64,000 bases of DNA, from the NCBI GenBank assembly GCA_964035545.1, contig OZ037767.1, positions 13,997,801 through 14,061,800 on the forward strand, given 5' to 3'. The position numbers and the translations under genes were made by a program. Origin of the DNA: Bugula neritina. Taxonomy: Eukaryota; Animalia; Bryozoa. Under the pieces are notes generated by a model. That model saw only the letters and a program-made list of their open reading frames with translations, was not told the origin of the DNA and searched no databases. Shown here piece after piece: positions 38,247 through 51,187 of the stretch (position 1 is its first letter; every line of letters begins with the position of its first letter).

Positions 38247-40965
38247 TATATATATACATATTCCATTTTTAGATTATACAATAGTCTAATAATAGATCTT
38301 AAAATATTATTTTATTATATTGTAAAACATATACTCAATTGTTATAGATACTCATATATTTAATGCTTGCTGCTTAGTAAAGAGATATGCGGTAGTATAC
38401 ATTCTATTGAAAATTTCAACTACTTAAGTTTTACTCAATCAACTGAAATAAGTTGACTTGAGATGAAAATAGAATTGCCTGACCTTCATGTCATGAAAGC
38501 AAGCATTTTAACATTGAAAGAGTATTTTTATATTGATTTATAGCTACAAAAGTATTTTGCTTGTTTAAACTTGTAAAAATTATTAATAAATTATCTTGAA
38601 AACTCTTTGCATAAAGTACTTTATACAACTTTTATATGCTTTATAAAAAACTTAGTTACCTATGGCAAATATGTTCATTAAGTTAATACTCTGTGGAAAT
38701 GAAGTATGACTATATAAAATTATATCTAATAATTACTGATTGGCTGTAGGGATGATGCCGACAGCTCATGCCAGGTTCTGAGACACAGGAGAGAGGCGTT
38801 CAGCAGCTCCTCAGTGAACTCTGTCAGAGATTTGCTGGTCAGAACCACCCAGTGTAGAGTTAACTTAGCTGACAGCATGAGAGTTTATGTGAGTCCTTCT
38901 TCATTCTATGTTATATTTTATAGTCTATTTATGCTCTATATTCTACACTCTGTATTATATTATATATAACTATATTTTCTATTTTTTATTCTATATCAAA
39001 TATTTTATAATAAATATCATGTAATATTCTTATATTCTATATGATATATTTCTTATTCTATATTATGCATTGCATATCACGTATTGTATATTCTATTATT
39101 TATATATTTTATATCATATGTTAAACATTATATAATTTCTATTTATGTTTTGTATTGTATACTTTTTGTTATATAGTATAATTATACTAAAATATTATAC
39201 ATTATATATTCTTGAATATATTTTATTTACTTTATATATTTAATTTATATATACTTTATGAATGGCATTTCAAAGTATAAAATATCTGAGCAAAGTTTTT
39301 TCATACTTCAACTAGCGGTGTTTTCAACTTGCAAAAAATACTACTATAGCTGCAGCAAAAGAATCTCTTAAAATAAAATTCTAGTACACTATAATATTTT
39401 ATTATATAACAAAACGATTTACCTATGAACAAGATAATCTTGTAAATTGCTTGTGTCTATAAATATATATATATATTGTATTTTCGTCAAAATTCAACCA
39501 CAATGCCTTAATTATTTGCAAAGTTTGTGAGAAGATTGTAACAAGAATTTCTTACTAATTTAGAGAACGGCATATGAAATGAGTAAAAGCGACTATGACA
39601 CACCCACCTGGAGAGAGGAAGTGTGTCAGTTTTCTCATATGACTCATCTACTGGTAAGGGAGACAATTCTATTTTCTTGTGATCAATCAACTTCAGTTAT
39701 AGTGACCAATCACAGAAGAAATGAAAATAAACTTGTGTACTATTGTAACTTAATATGATTTACAGCCACCTAATATGATCATATTATGCAAAAATTAAAA
39801 ATTATCATTTCTAGTTTTATTGTGAACAGAACAATGTTTCCAAGTTTTTTTGCTAACTAGAAAATCAGAAAACTAAATTTAAATTTTGGAAAAGTTGCAA
39901 CAATATTATTTTTGTGTTTTTCTCAGAGCTCCCACACACAGGTTATGCGGGCACTTCAAAATTACTACTGCAAAGTACAGAAAAATGGACTCATCACCAT
40001 TTCTGCTCGAATCTCGAGTGCTACCAGCAACACAAACACGCAAACTCGACTTTTGAACTCTCTCATTGATGTCGTCTGCGGCATCAGCAGTTCAGATTGT
40101 CACAACTTTACCTGTGGCCATATTCAGGTATATAAATATAAAACTTATGAGACTTTATATATAGTCACTATCCCTGTGAGAAACCCCTGATGGAGAGGGT
40201 GATATTTTTTAAAGTGGGTTAAAGACTTGCACATTCAAATGTGGCACAGGAGAAATTATATGACTGAATGCTCTTCCTAACATCACCATTAGCCTGCACT
40301 GGGGTTCAAACCCATGACTTTGTTTTTACTAGCAAATGCTCTAACCCCTAGACCACAGCTAGGTGCTCCCTTAATTTATATCAAGGTATATACTATATAA
40401 GTTGGTTATTAGTTACTATATATAACAAGTGTACCTTTATTTAGGTAAGCTTGGTAAATGGGGCAAAAGTTAGCTAATTAGTAAATGGGGCAAAAAGGTT
40501 AAATCTAGTCTACATATTTATACATTTTGCTTTAAAAGTTAGTAAATTATTTAGTCTAAAACTGGTAGAAGGCTTTGTTCTATTTTACTGTTGAAATAAT
40601 AAATTGTATGATAGATTATAAGAACAAGATTCTTGCAAAAGGACAGAATTAACTTTTTTTAATTTAAATGCTTAAGTTAGCAAATAAATTGTGCATTTTT
40701 AATTTTTTACTTTTTAATAATAAATATTGAATATGAACATAGAACTTCTAAGTACAGAAGCTTCTTTCCATATAATTAAGTTGACCGGAGAATGAATTTC
40801 AGGATATATGATTATATACAGTACGTCAATTAGTATATAAACAGCTTTATCCTTCTGTTTCAGAGTTCAGAAGCTCCGAGTCTCTTAGTATCCTCTGGTT
40901 ACACTAACATTCTTCAGCCTCTGGACAAAACTCTCTTCTGTATTTTCTCTCGACTGTACAATTAA
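37585..40965 (+). CDS. 180-aa secreted pre-pro-protein of unknown family (helical-cytokine-like architecture); exons 37585-37588, 38025-38121, 38750-38888, 39927-40127, 40864-40965
   Basis: GT-AG introns with phases 1,2,0,0 give an uninterrupted frame: MADWLSLSLLIAVCGSALLSKYVSIAAPASSLVGDDADSSCQVLRHRREAFSSSSVNSVRDLLVRTTQCRVNLADSMRVYSSHTQVMRALQNYYCKVQKNGLITISARISSATSNTNTQTRLLNSLIDVVCGISSSDCHNFTCGHIQSSEAPSLLVSSGYTNILQPLDKTLFCIFSRLYN; exons are GC-richer islands in very AT-rich introns. Confidence 0.75.
40152..40371 (-). mobile_element. SINE family 1 copy
   Basis: Match to the other copies. Confidence 0.8.
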
Positions 40966-41640
40966 AAATGGCAACCCCAGGCCATGCATTATAGCTCTGG
41001 AATTCACAATGTCTGCATATGCACAACTAATCGCTATTTTATAGTTAAAATGTAAGTCACACTAATTATTGCATAATGTTATATTTGCTGATCATTACTA
41101 GATAGTGTTGGCCACTGCATAGCAGCTATTACAAATCAACTACTATTTAATACAATATTTGTTCTTTTTTTGCTATTTTGTTACATATTTTTTTATCTTA
41201 TAGCAAAACCTATTCCTAAAAATTATAGTACACATGAATTATAATTACTTACTGGCTACTTTGAACTATATTCCATAACTCAACATTTTCACCTTTTAAA
41301 AATGCTGTTAATTAAGTTATTTTACATGTCAACAGTACTATCAAAAATTTTACTTTTTAAAATTTTTAAGATTAATATTTTGTTTGGAAATGGTGATTAT
41401 TTTTATGAATATAATTTGATACTTTTTGTGATAATTTCTTTGCCAAATCTTGCATATTTTGGTTTAAGAATTTGCTACTGTTCGTAAATCCATACTTTAA
41501 TACACAAATCTTATAATTTTATTTTGTTTAATATTTCATAACTTTATTTTAATAAATTATAACAGTTTGATCAAATTATGTTTACATAACATTTTGTTGA
41601 TATATATTATACATATACATATACATATACATATATATAT

Positions 41641-41717
<77 letters not shown>

Positions 41718-41907
41718 TAAAATATTAAGATATTAAGATGTTGAACAAATAATTTGCAAAAATGCATTGAAGTTATTTATACTTGAGCAAACTAAAACAT
41801 TTCACATTCTAGTAATAGATAACATAAAAGCCTAAATGCTTTAATAATTATTATGTCATCATTTTCTTTTCATAATACAACAGCTCTCTGATAAAAATTT
41901 AATTTTA

Positions 41908-42289
41908 GGCAAAAATAGCACAGGTAATAATGGCACAGGTAATAATGGCACAAATGGAAAGCTAGGTAAAAATGGCACACTGATGTTAAGTTTTCCCAAA
42001 CCCCAAACCCAAACCTCCAACCCTTAAACCTCAACCCCCAAACCCCAAACCCCAAACCCCAAACCCCAAACCCCAAACCCCAAACCCCAAACCCCAAACC
42101 CCCAAACTCAACCCCTCCCCCCCCCCCCCCGCCCTCGAACCTTAACTCCCATTTCAAACCCCCAACCAGCACCCCAAACCCTGATAATGAAAATGTACTT
42201 TTTTTACCTACTTCGCCATTTGTGCAATTATTGCATCTGTGGAATTATTACCTGTTCCATTTTTACCTGTGCCATTTTTACTGGACACC
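41908..42289. mobile_element. Foldback/MITE-like element with ~15-bp sub-repeats (ggcacaggtaataat / tttttacctgtgcc) around a central (CCCCAAA)n tract
   Basis: Direct sub-repeats on the left recur inverted on the right; C-rich microsatellite at ~41994-42180. Confidence 0.65.
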
Positions 42290-43237
42290 AAGAATGCAGC
42301 TTTCCACAGTTTACCACAGACCATTGACAAATGTGTAGATAAGAGAGAGAATTGAATTACAATTTGTACTATGAGTGCTTACTCAGTGTGTAATAAAGTT
42401 ACATTATGCAATGCACAAAGTTTAACACAATGCGCAGAGTTTGTAAAGCGGGTTCAATCAAAAGGGAGAAAAAGCTACTAAGGTATATATACAACAAGAT
42501 TGGATTTTGATATATTGGAAAGGAAAAATATGAAGAGATAGAGAATCAATTGGTGAGTTTATTAAGCTAGAATAATCATAAGGAGATTGCACTGTTGTGA
42601 TCACTCAGTGGTCCCCGTAGTGTAATGGTTAGCACACTTGCTTGCAATCCCAATGGAGGCAAAGTGTTTTCAGAGATGTTAAAACTTTCATAAATGACTG
42701 TATATATGCTTCACACAGAATATAAAATTATAAAGTTTAATGTATAATTGCAATTAAGTGAAGAATATTGTGAGGTGATATTTAAACTGATATTGTAAGC
42801 ACTTTTACAAGTTGCATTAAAAACTTGCTTAACTACTCGCTCCTAATGTATGTACAATTAACTAACTATAAGTCATTATGAATACAACATGTACCAAAGC
42901 ATGTGTATTGGCACTTTAGCCTTATATAGATATAGCTATAGCATAAGACAGTCTCTTATTCATTCCACCTGTATTTTAATATCACATATAAATGCAAGGC
43001 ATATCTTAAGAAGGTATTTCATTGCAGTTGGACTTACCAGCTAGTTTTCTCACTACTGCTATCACACGTCTGCTTTCTTGCCTTCTGTTTAAACTCAAGA
43101 ATTTTTGGACAACCCAAGCTCTGATTCTTCTACTTAAAAATTCTAAGAAGTTAAAGGTTGGTTGGTTATTTTATGCTTGATATCAGAGGATAGCTTGTTT
43201 TGAAAAGTATTGTGGACGTGTCTAGATTTGACCGATC

Positions 43238-43405
<168 letters not shown>

Positions 43406-43431
43406 TATTTGGGTTGCTTTTCCATTTTTAG

Positions 43432-46400
43432 ATGCGTGGTTCTAAAAAACTACCTCATTTATTTATTGCTGGAGCCATGGTGTCCATGCTGTGTCTATAT
43501 TTATTATATTGGAGAAATGAATCGAGTGATTCTTCTTCTAACCTAAAATTTCTGAAACCTGACAAATCTGTAGCAAAACCAAAACAATCACTCCTATTTC
43601 AAAAACCAGCTAAAGAATTCCACCAGCCGGCAGATGCTCAATCTCAAACACAAAATACTTTAACTCAAACGGAGAAGAAAAGAACTCAGTCCGATCTGAA
43701 AGCAGCAGCTATGTTGAAAGAACCAGTAAAGGTAGAATATACAGTCTCTCCATCTGCACTCCTGTTACAAATTATAAAAAAACTCGTGCAAGTTTATAGT
43801 CACTAACTCTGTGAAAAACCCCTGATGGAAGGGTTTTTGTAAAATGGGCTAAGGACTTATAATTCATGTGTGGCACAGGAGCAATTATGACTGGATGTTC
43901 TTCCTAACATCACCTGAATAGCCTTTACTGTAGTTCGAACCCATGAATTCATGTTTACTAAGCAGATTATCTAGCCCCTAAACCACGGCTGCTCTCTGAT
44001 ACAAATTCCTACTTGTATATATATTGATTGCTATACTGAGTTTAAACAAGTTTATACTGATATACAAATCCTGAGCTTCTTTTTAGACTTTGGCCTCACC
44101 ATGATCTATTATTATGTCAATTTTATGTACTATGATGACTACTATATAATAGTCTATGAAATATATGATATATGTCATACCATATGATATTCTATATTGT
44201 AATGGTTATCAGAGTTACCTCCTCATTATATCGTATTTTTATTTTTGTTCTTAGTCTTATAATGTAGACTACTTGTTCGTGTAAATTGACTTCAACTGAA
44301 GTTTGGATTATCGGAGTTCCGAATGACCGATCGTCGGCCGAAATGTCAAAACTCCGACATTCCGGCCGACGATCGGTCGAAGCTTCTAAAATAGGCCTCT
44401 GTGTTAGTATATAGGAAAGTGAGTTCCAGCAGTAAATCAGTTGAAGACTGGAGCTTCTATAGGAAGGATCTATTTACAGTACAATAAATACCACTTTACT
44501 CACACTACACAATATTATCTTATCTCTCACTACACACAAGAAGTTATGTTCCCTGTCTGATTTATTCAAACTCCACAAGTTACTGCAATATTACATAGTC
44601 TAGTATATGAAAATATTAAAATCAGAATACAACAGAAGAAACTGTTGTTGTAGTATTAGGTTAAGTATTCTCTGTTTTGTTCACACATCTTTTCAGCTGT
44701 TAATATTTTAATGCTATTAAATGATGCAACTCCTAAAATCTTCCCCACATAGTCCATTGTACCCATCGTATGATGTGTTCCAACTTTCTTTTTAGATAAT
44801 ATATCAAGATTTATCAACTTGCCCAAAAGCCAGCTATCTAAATGAGTATAACGCCCATTGTTGGATGTCAGAGATCAGCAAAAAAATACAGGACCAACCG
44901 TAAGAATAATAATCAATATCAGTATTGATTCTTTTTCTGGAATTGTCCAATAGCTGCCTATTTACTCCTTGAATGTATTGCTTCTAATTTAATTCACCAT
45001 AGTTTGGAGTTTATGCAGCAGTTGGTAATCAAACCCAAACTTGTGATTGAGAATCATGCGTTCTACAACTGAGCTATCAGCATCAACAATGTTATTAATA
45101 TCAATGTAGTAAAGAAATACACCTTAACACTGTTCTGGTACATTTTGCAAACAAAGAGTTGTACCAATTTTGCAGTTGCTTAAAATCAGTAAATATCAAC
45201 TACTGATTCCGATGCTGACTTTGTCTCAAGTGTTTATGTAAAATAATTGCCACCACCGGGAATCGAACCCGAGTCTTCTGGCTTGCAAACAAGTGTGCTA
45301 CCATTACACTACGGAGGCCACTGGGTTTATTGAATACATTTATAGGGAATCAAACAGCATGTACTGCTTTCCAAACCTCCACCTTATTGGAATGAGAAAG
45401 AGCGCCACAAATGACTTTGCCAAGTGGTTAAAATACGATCCACAGATAGTTAAAACTCAACAGGTTCACATCTTTATCATAGGCTAATTATTACTAGAAG
45501 AATATTATAGCACTATAACTATATTATAATATTATAATACTATAACTATATTCATATCTTTTTAATTTTGCTTATTATATATTTCATTTTATTTTAAATT
45601 AATTTGTTGTCATTATAATTAACACATTTAAAGATATAATATCTATTTAAGGTATATTAACTACTATTAGGCATATTATATTTTAAAAATCCAAGCTCAG
45701 CAAAATTATGCAATATGAGAAAACCAAGTTTTGTTAGCAACTGATAAAGCTTTTTAATGAGTTTATAACTTCATTCGAATATGCATCTGATAATTGATTC
45801 GACCGACAGGTGCTGTTGTCTAAAAAAATATTTAATTTAATGCTTTTCAAGCCTGGTCATTCTAATCATTGTGTGATTTATTTTTTTATGTTTACACAAT
45901 GATTGCTATTACACAATTTTTAACATTTCTTTAATTTATAATTCATGATGCTTATCATGCTATAGTAAAGTTTAGACTCAAGCAACATTAGAATATGCAT
46001 AGATCTGCATTTAAAAGATCATTTATACAAATTAAAAATATCATATCGCATTTTATTGTGTTTTAAAATTTGCCACGCTAGAAGATCTAAATATGAAATG
46101 TTACTATGTCACACAGGATTATTGGACAAACGAAAAGTTTACTTGCCCACTTGAATATTTCAAAGGAACTATACAAAGGAAAGCTAAACCAGGTGAAAGT
46201 CACATAAACGTCGGTCCAGGTATATAGCTATACTATATATAGTACTATATAAATATATAGCTATACTTGTACTATAAATATATAGCTATACTTGTACTAT
46301 AAATATTTAGCTACATGTATAATAAGATATCGCAAAAACTATAGAGTTCATGGGTTTAAACAATAATAACTCAAAGTTGAATTATTAGCCTTGTTCAATA

Positions 46401-49400
46401 GCTACACCTATGGTTCTGCAAATTAACATAAACAAACAATAGAAAACATCTTCGATAACAATATTCATTTTAAACTTTTAATGCTAATATCTACAATACC
46501 TATCATATTGCTATTTTGAAATTTTGAAATTATGTAATACAAGTTTAACTTTTACATAAACAGGAAAAATTAGCATAAAATAATATAGCAAAAGTTAGTT
46601 TCGAATAAAATACACACAGAGCTATTTAGTTTCAATAGAATGTTAATAGGATGTTAATTTAGTGCCTCTTGTATTATATTGTCTTTGTATAAGAACTGCC
46701 TATATCAGGGTTGGGATCAATTACATGTGAATGTAATTGATTACAAATACAATTACATGAAAATTTGTCAGTTACAATTAAAATTATAATTACAGGTAAA
46801 AAGTGTTGTAACTAATTACAATTACAATAACATGACATCGTAATTAATTACAATTACAATTACTTTTGTTCTCACAACCGATAAATAGAAGTTATGCAAT
46901 CTCACTTCTAGGGTCAACTACCAGAAGCAATTTTGACAGTGGTGAACCTCCTTTGTTATCAACAGTGATATTATACTACATTGACTTAATCTGAACTTGT
47001 TATTTAATAGTAGGCATGGTAGGAAAAGCATGAAAGTTTTAAAATTTAAAAGTTTGAAGAAGTTGATATGCTATAATTATAAAGTAATTGTAAATGTAAT
47101 TAATTATAAAGCAATTGTAAATATCAATTACATTAGATATGTAATTAATTACAATTACAATTACATTTGTATACATCAATTACTACGTAGCTATATTGGC
47201 TGATAAATATTCGTATTATTAACTAAATACTGTATGTGACTGTTGGAAGTATACCCCCCAACCTCCCCTGTATATAAGTACTTGCAGCAGAGTGGTGACA
47301 TTGTATTATATTATGAAAGTCATTATAAAGTTCCAAGAGACCACAACTCTGTTAGCGACGCCGCAGTTCTACGGTAGCACCGCCGGAACCTCCACCGGCC
47401 AATCAGAGCCAACCTTTCAGATATAAACAGCGCCTTCCGGCGCCCAACCTCAGTTAGAGGATAACCTTCACGTAGACTAGGATAATTTGTGTAGCTGTTC
47501 TATATGTGTATTCTTTTGCTACTGTTGATGAATTTATTTTTATCGAATTAGACTTTAAGTATAGATCTTTTATAAACGTCAACTACTTTGGTTTCTCTCG
47601 CAACCTCATAGTGAACCATGCAGCAGTTATAATTCGTGTGTACAACAACACCCCACTCTAGTAGTCTATAAAACTACCACAATACATTTTCTCCATTTGT
47701 CAGGGAATATAGCAGTATCTAGAAAACACTGGTCTAATGACACTCATATGAAAGTGATAACAGCTACACAGCTGTTAGGATTTATGGCTACACCTTCTAC
47801 TAGGTTCTACATACAGTTGAGAAATCCTACAGACAGGTGTGTTTATAAGTAACAGCTTTATATATGAACTAAGTGCGATATGTTATAGCCACTGAGGTTT
47901 ATTGCTCTGCCATTTTTCTCATCATATATTTTCTTAAAACTGACCATATGGCCGTCTTTGCCTAAATAAAACACCAAGTAAAGACTCTGTCTCATTTTTT
48001 CTTTTAGAGCTATTTCTTACTTGTTCCATTGGCATCGACTTGGCCTTGTATATAGGAAGTTCACTCATGAGCAAATTAACGCCACTTTCGTAGATAATGT
48101 AATACAAAAGAACCTTCTAGAACTCAGAATATGTCTAAAAAAGCTGGGCGAGTTGGGCTGTTTTTACTCCGCTGATGCACATGATGGTCGAATGGAGGTA
48201 TGAAAACTTAACCTTCAAGTTTGAATCTCAAAGGCAAATGTAATTTTGATAGTGCAAACACACACACACACACACGCGCACACGCGCACACGCGCACACG
48301 CGCACACGCGCACACGCGCACACGCGCACACACGCACGCACGCACGCACACACGCACACACGCACACACGCACACACGCGTACCAGTTACTTTGATTCGA
48401 GTTACTATAATATGAAATGTCAAATATTCTTAAAATAACATTATTTATCTAAAATAAATTTGTAGAACAAAGCGCATAATGTTTTGTTAAAAAATTCAGA
48501 TTATGGCACAAAATAGTCATGTAAAAGGTTCACAGCTCTTTGGTGTGCCGCATTTTTTATTTTTGGTGCATCATAATATTCACAATATGTCATGTAATTT
48601 GGTGCTTTTAGTCAATAATCATAACCTCCTTTATTCTTGTATTGACAGTCACTACTTCTCCACAGCCTCTATATTATTATGATAGAAGAGACATTCAAGT
48701 TTATACCCAGAGAGCAGATTATGATTAAAACTACTAGTGAATACAGCAATTTGGTAAACACTTAGTTTTGTCTTTATATCTACTTTATTTTAGTACAATC
48801 AGGGCATTCTTATTATAACAAAAAATGTACAAGCAAATAAAATACGTCTTTACTTTTTTACTTACTTTTACAAAAAAACATTATTTTATAGAGTTTAGCT
48901 GAGAGTGGAAATTTTTACATGCATCATTCTTCATGTGTTTATATTATTAGTCATTTCCACTATACTGCTCTTTTATATAGTAAGTTTTGCGTGCTCTAAA
49001 TTTGCTTAGAATAAGTTTTTATAAACTTGACCAACTTTGGCCCCAATAAAAACTTGCACATTTATAGTCATTATCCTTGTGAGAAAACCGCTGATGGAAA
49101 GGGTTTTTGTTAAATCAGGCCAAGTACTTATTCAGATGGGGCATAGGAGTAATTATGACTGCATGGATGCTCTTCCTAATATCACCAATGGTATTTGTCC
49201 GGGCTCGAACCCATGACCTCATGTTTACTAGGCAAACAACCTAACCCTAGACCATGGCTGCTCCTTTTTGGCCCCAATACAAGATTATAGTTATAGCTCA
49301 ATCAATCAAAACGAAAAACGTAAAAATGTTTTAGTCTAATGTACCAAAGGCTGTCATTTTTCACTTGATTATGAAAGCTAATATAGTAGCAAAAAGCATT

Positions 49401-49802
49401 TACAGAATAATATTTAATGTTTTTTGTAACGAACTAAAGTCAAACACAATAATTTTAGTACAGTTTTATTCACTATGAAAAGTCAACATCATGCTATTCA
49501 GGTTGATGTAATTATACAATGTCAATGTCTGGCTTTTTAAATTTCTGTTCACATAATTTACTAGTTTGTCTTTGTTTTAGATTTCCACAATGAATGAAGT
49601 GTCTCAATTCTTTAAAATGAGTGTCAATAACAGAACCATTGAGGACCAAAGTAAGAACAAAGCCAATGTAGGAAACAAGAACCCTGTTTTTAAATCAACT
49701 CTGGAATTACTTGATAATTTCTTCAAACCATACAACGAAAGACTGGCTGATTTACTCGGAGATGAAAAGTGGCTGTTTAAGAAAAACAGGAGTGTGAATT
49801 GA
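43432..49802 (+). CDS. Type II membrane carbohydrate sulfotransferase, CHST15 (GalNAc4S-6ST)-like, paralogue A, ~424 aa; exons 43432-43731, 44796-44899, 45346-45463, 46117-46219, 47704-47836, 48008-48197, 48649-48753, 49581-49802
   Basis: N-terminal TM + stem; [18 protein letters not shown] (5'-PSB loop), LRNPTDRAIS (3'-PB motif), [25 protein letters not shown]-terminus; consistent splice phases. Confidence 0.88.
43788..43993 (-). mobile_element. SINE family 1 copy
   Basis: Match to the other copies; absent from the matching intron of paralogue B. Confidence 0.8.
45249..45319 (-). mobile_element. tRNA-like repeat family 2 copy (best preserved)
   Basis: ggcctccgtagtgtaatggtagcac...ggttcgattcccggtggtggc; anticodon stem mispaired. 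Confidence 0.7.
46706..47185. mobile_element. Non-autonomous DNA-element remnant with AATTAC/GTAATT sub-repeats
   Basis: Starts cagggttggg and has dense aattac arrays at both ends; absent from the matching intron of paralogue B. Confidence 0.55.
47231..47681. mobile_element. Solo LTR (451 bp, TGT...ACA, 4-bp TSD ATAC) in a sulfotransferase A intron
   Basis: ATAC on both flanks; the equivalent site in paralogue B (~55515) is empty. Confidence 0.75.
49054..49264 (-). mobile_element. SINE family 1 copy
   Basis: Match to the other copies; ttggccccaata is repeated on both flanks (TSD-like). Confidence 0.85.
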
Positions 49803-50291
49803 TTGTCCTAACAATTTGTTACTTATAATTCTATAAATTTAAATAAATTGTGTTGGTTCCCATACTTGAATTTCGTTATTAAAAAATCGAAAAAATGTTT
49901 TATTCAGGTTCCAAACAACATTATTGCAAAGTTGAAACTCATAAAACTTGGTGGGAAGCTACTTTTACAGAAATTGCAATACGCTTTTCAAGTAAAGTAA
50001 TTGTAACCTAATAGTTTAAATTTTTAAGTTTTCAAGAAAATGGTATACTATATTTAATATTATCTGCCGGCATGTAAACAATATAAAACATAAACTTATA
50101 AGCTATATGTACATCATATAAACTGTGGCCTCACATTAACTGTGGCTACTTTAAAATATGTTTAGTGGAATTCGACTGGAGAATTGAATAACAGCTTGTA
50201 TATACCACACGTGCTTACTCATTTTGTGATGAAATTACTTATGTTTGGTACAATTTTTAGCACAACGTTCTCGTTTGTAAAGATTGAGTAA

Positions 50292-50634
50292 GCCTAGGGC
50301 CACACGGTGCGTATTTTCGCATGCGAAAATTGAAATCACAAGTAGCAAAGGTGTCCACTGTGCGCGTTGAGAAAACCTTCGCACTTGTCGCTCTGCATTT
50401 TCAACGCAAGTGCGAATCGTCTCTGTCGTCGTCACCTAATTGGCTGGTAGCTATTCAGCGAGCCCAATTTCTTTATTTAGTGCTATATTCCAGTAAATTG
50501 CGTTTTATTGAAAGCGAGTGCGATTTAAAAATGAAAGCTTTATTTATCACGCATCATTGGCGCTACAGTGGACACCTTTGCTACTCGTGATTTTAATTTT
50601 CGCACGCGAAAATACGCACAGTGTGGCCCTAGGC
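50292..50634 (+). mobile_element. 343-bp MITE, copy 1 (~70-bp TIRs gcctagggccacac...; TAA/TTA flanks, PIF/Harbinger-like)
   Basis: Long terminal inverted repeats; near-identical to 50845-51187. Confidence 0.88.
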
Positions 50635-50844
50635 TTAGTTACATTTTGTTGAAAGTGCATTAGGGTAGAAACAGCAAAATGATTTCTTATTTCCAGAAAA
50701 AAAGCTGAAATCTGCAGGTTTTCTTAAAGGAAATATAGCTCACCAATTAAACCTAAATTATAAAAATTCATTTAGATCAGACAGGCTACGCAGGCAGATA
50801 AGGTTTTAATTGAGTTAATGTCAATTGAATTAAAATAATACTAA

Positions 50845-51187
50845 GCCTAGGGCCACACTGTGCGTATTTTCGCATGCGAAAATTAAAATCACAAGTAGCA
50901 AAGGTGTCCACTGTAGCGTCAGTGATGCGTGATAAATAAAGCTTTCATTTTTAAATCGCACTCGCTTTCAATAAAACGCAATTTACTGGAATATAGCACT
51001 AAATAAAGAAATTGGGCTCGCTGAATAGCTACCAGCCAATTAGGTGACGACGACAGAGACGATTTGCACTTGCGTTGAAAATGCAGAGCGACAAGTGCGA
51101 AGGTTTTCTCAACGCGCACAGTGGACACCTTTGCTACTTGTGATTTCAATTTTCGCATGCGAAAATATGCACAGTGCGGCCCTAGGC
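50845..51187 (-). mobile_element. 343-bp MITE, copy 2, inverted relative to copy 1; TAA target-site duplication
   Basis: TAA-gcctagggcc...ggccctaggc-TAA; internal sequence is the reverse complement of copy 1. Confidence 0.88.

Noticed and set aside
41994-42110. Ciliate-type telomere or contamination
   Set aside because: Internal, imperfect and framed by inverted sub-repeats within continuous host sequence
44318-44350. Second hammerhead (…TGA-hairpin-GAAATGTC)
   Set aside because: Lacks the CUGANGA core and a stem I
44197-44595. Possible solo LTR (tgtaat...attaca)
   Set aside because: No matching target-site duplication found
45249-45319. Functional tRNA gene
   Set aside because: Anticodon and acceptor stems are mispaired, and the many copies are mutually diverged
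50321-51158. Duplicated 79-89-aa ORFs (MRKLKSQVAK...)
   Set aside because: Chance frames within the two MITE copies; no transposase motifs
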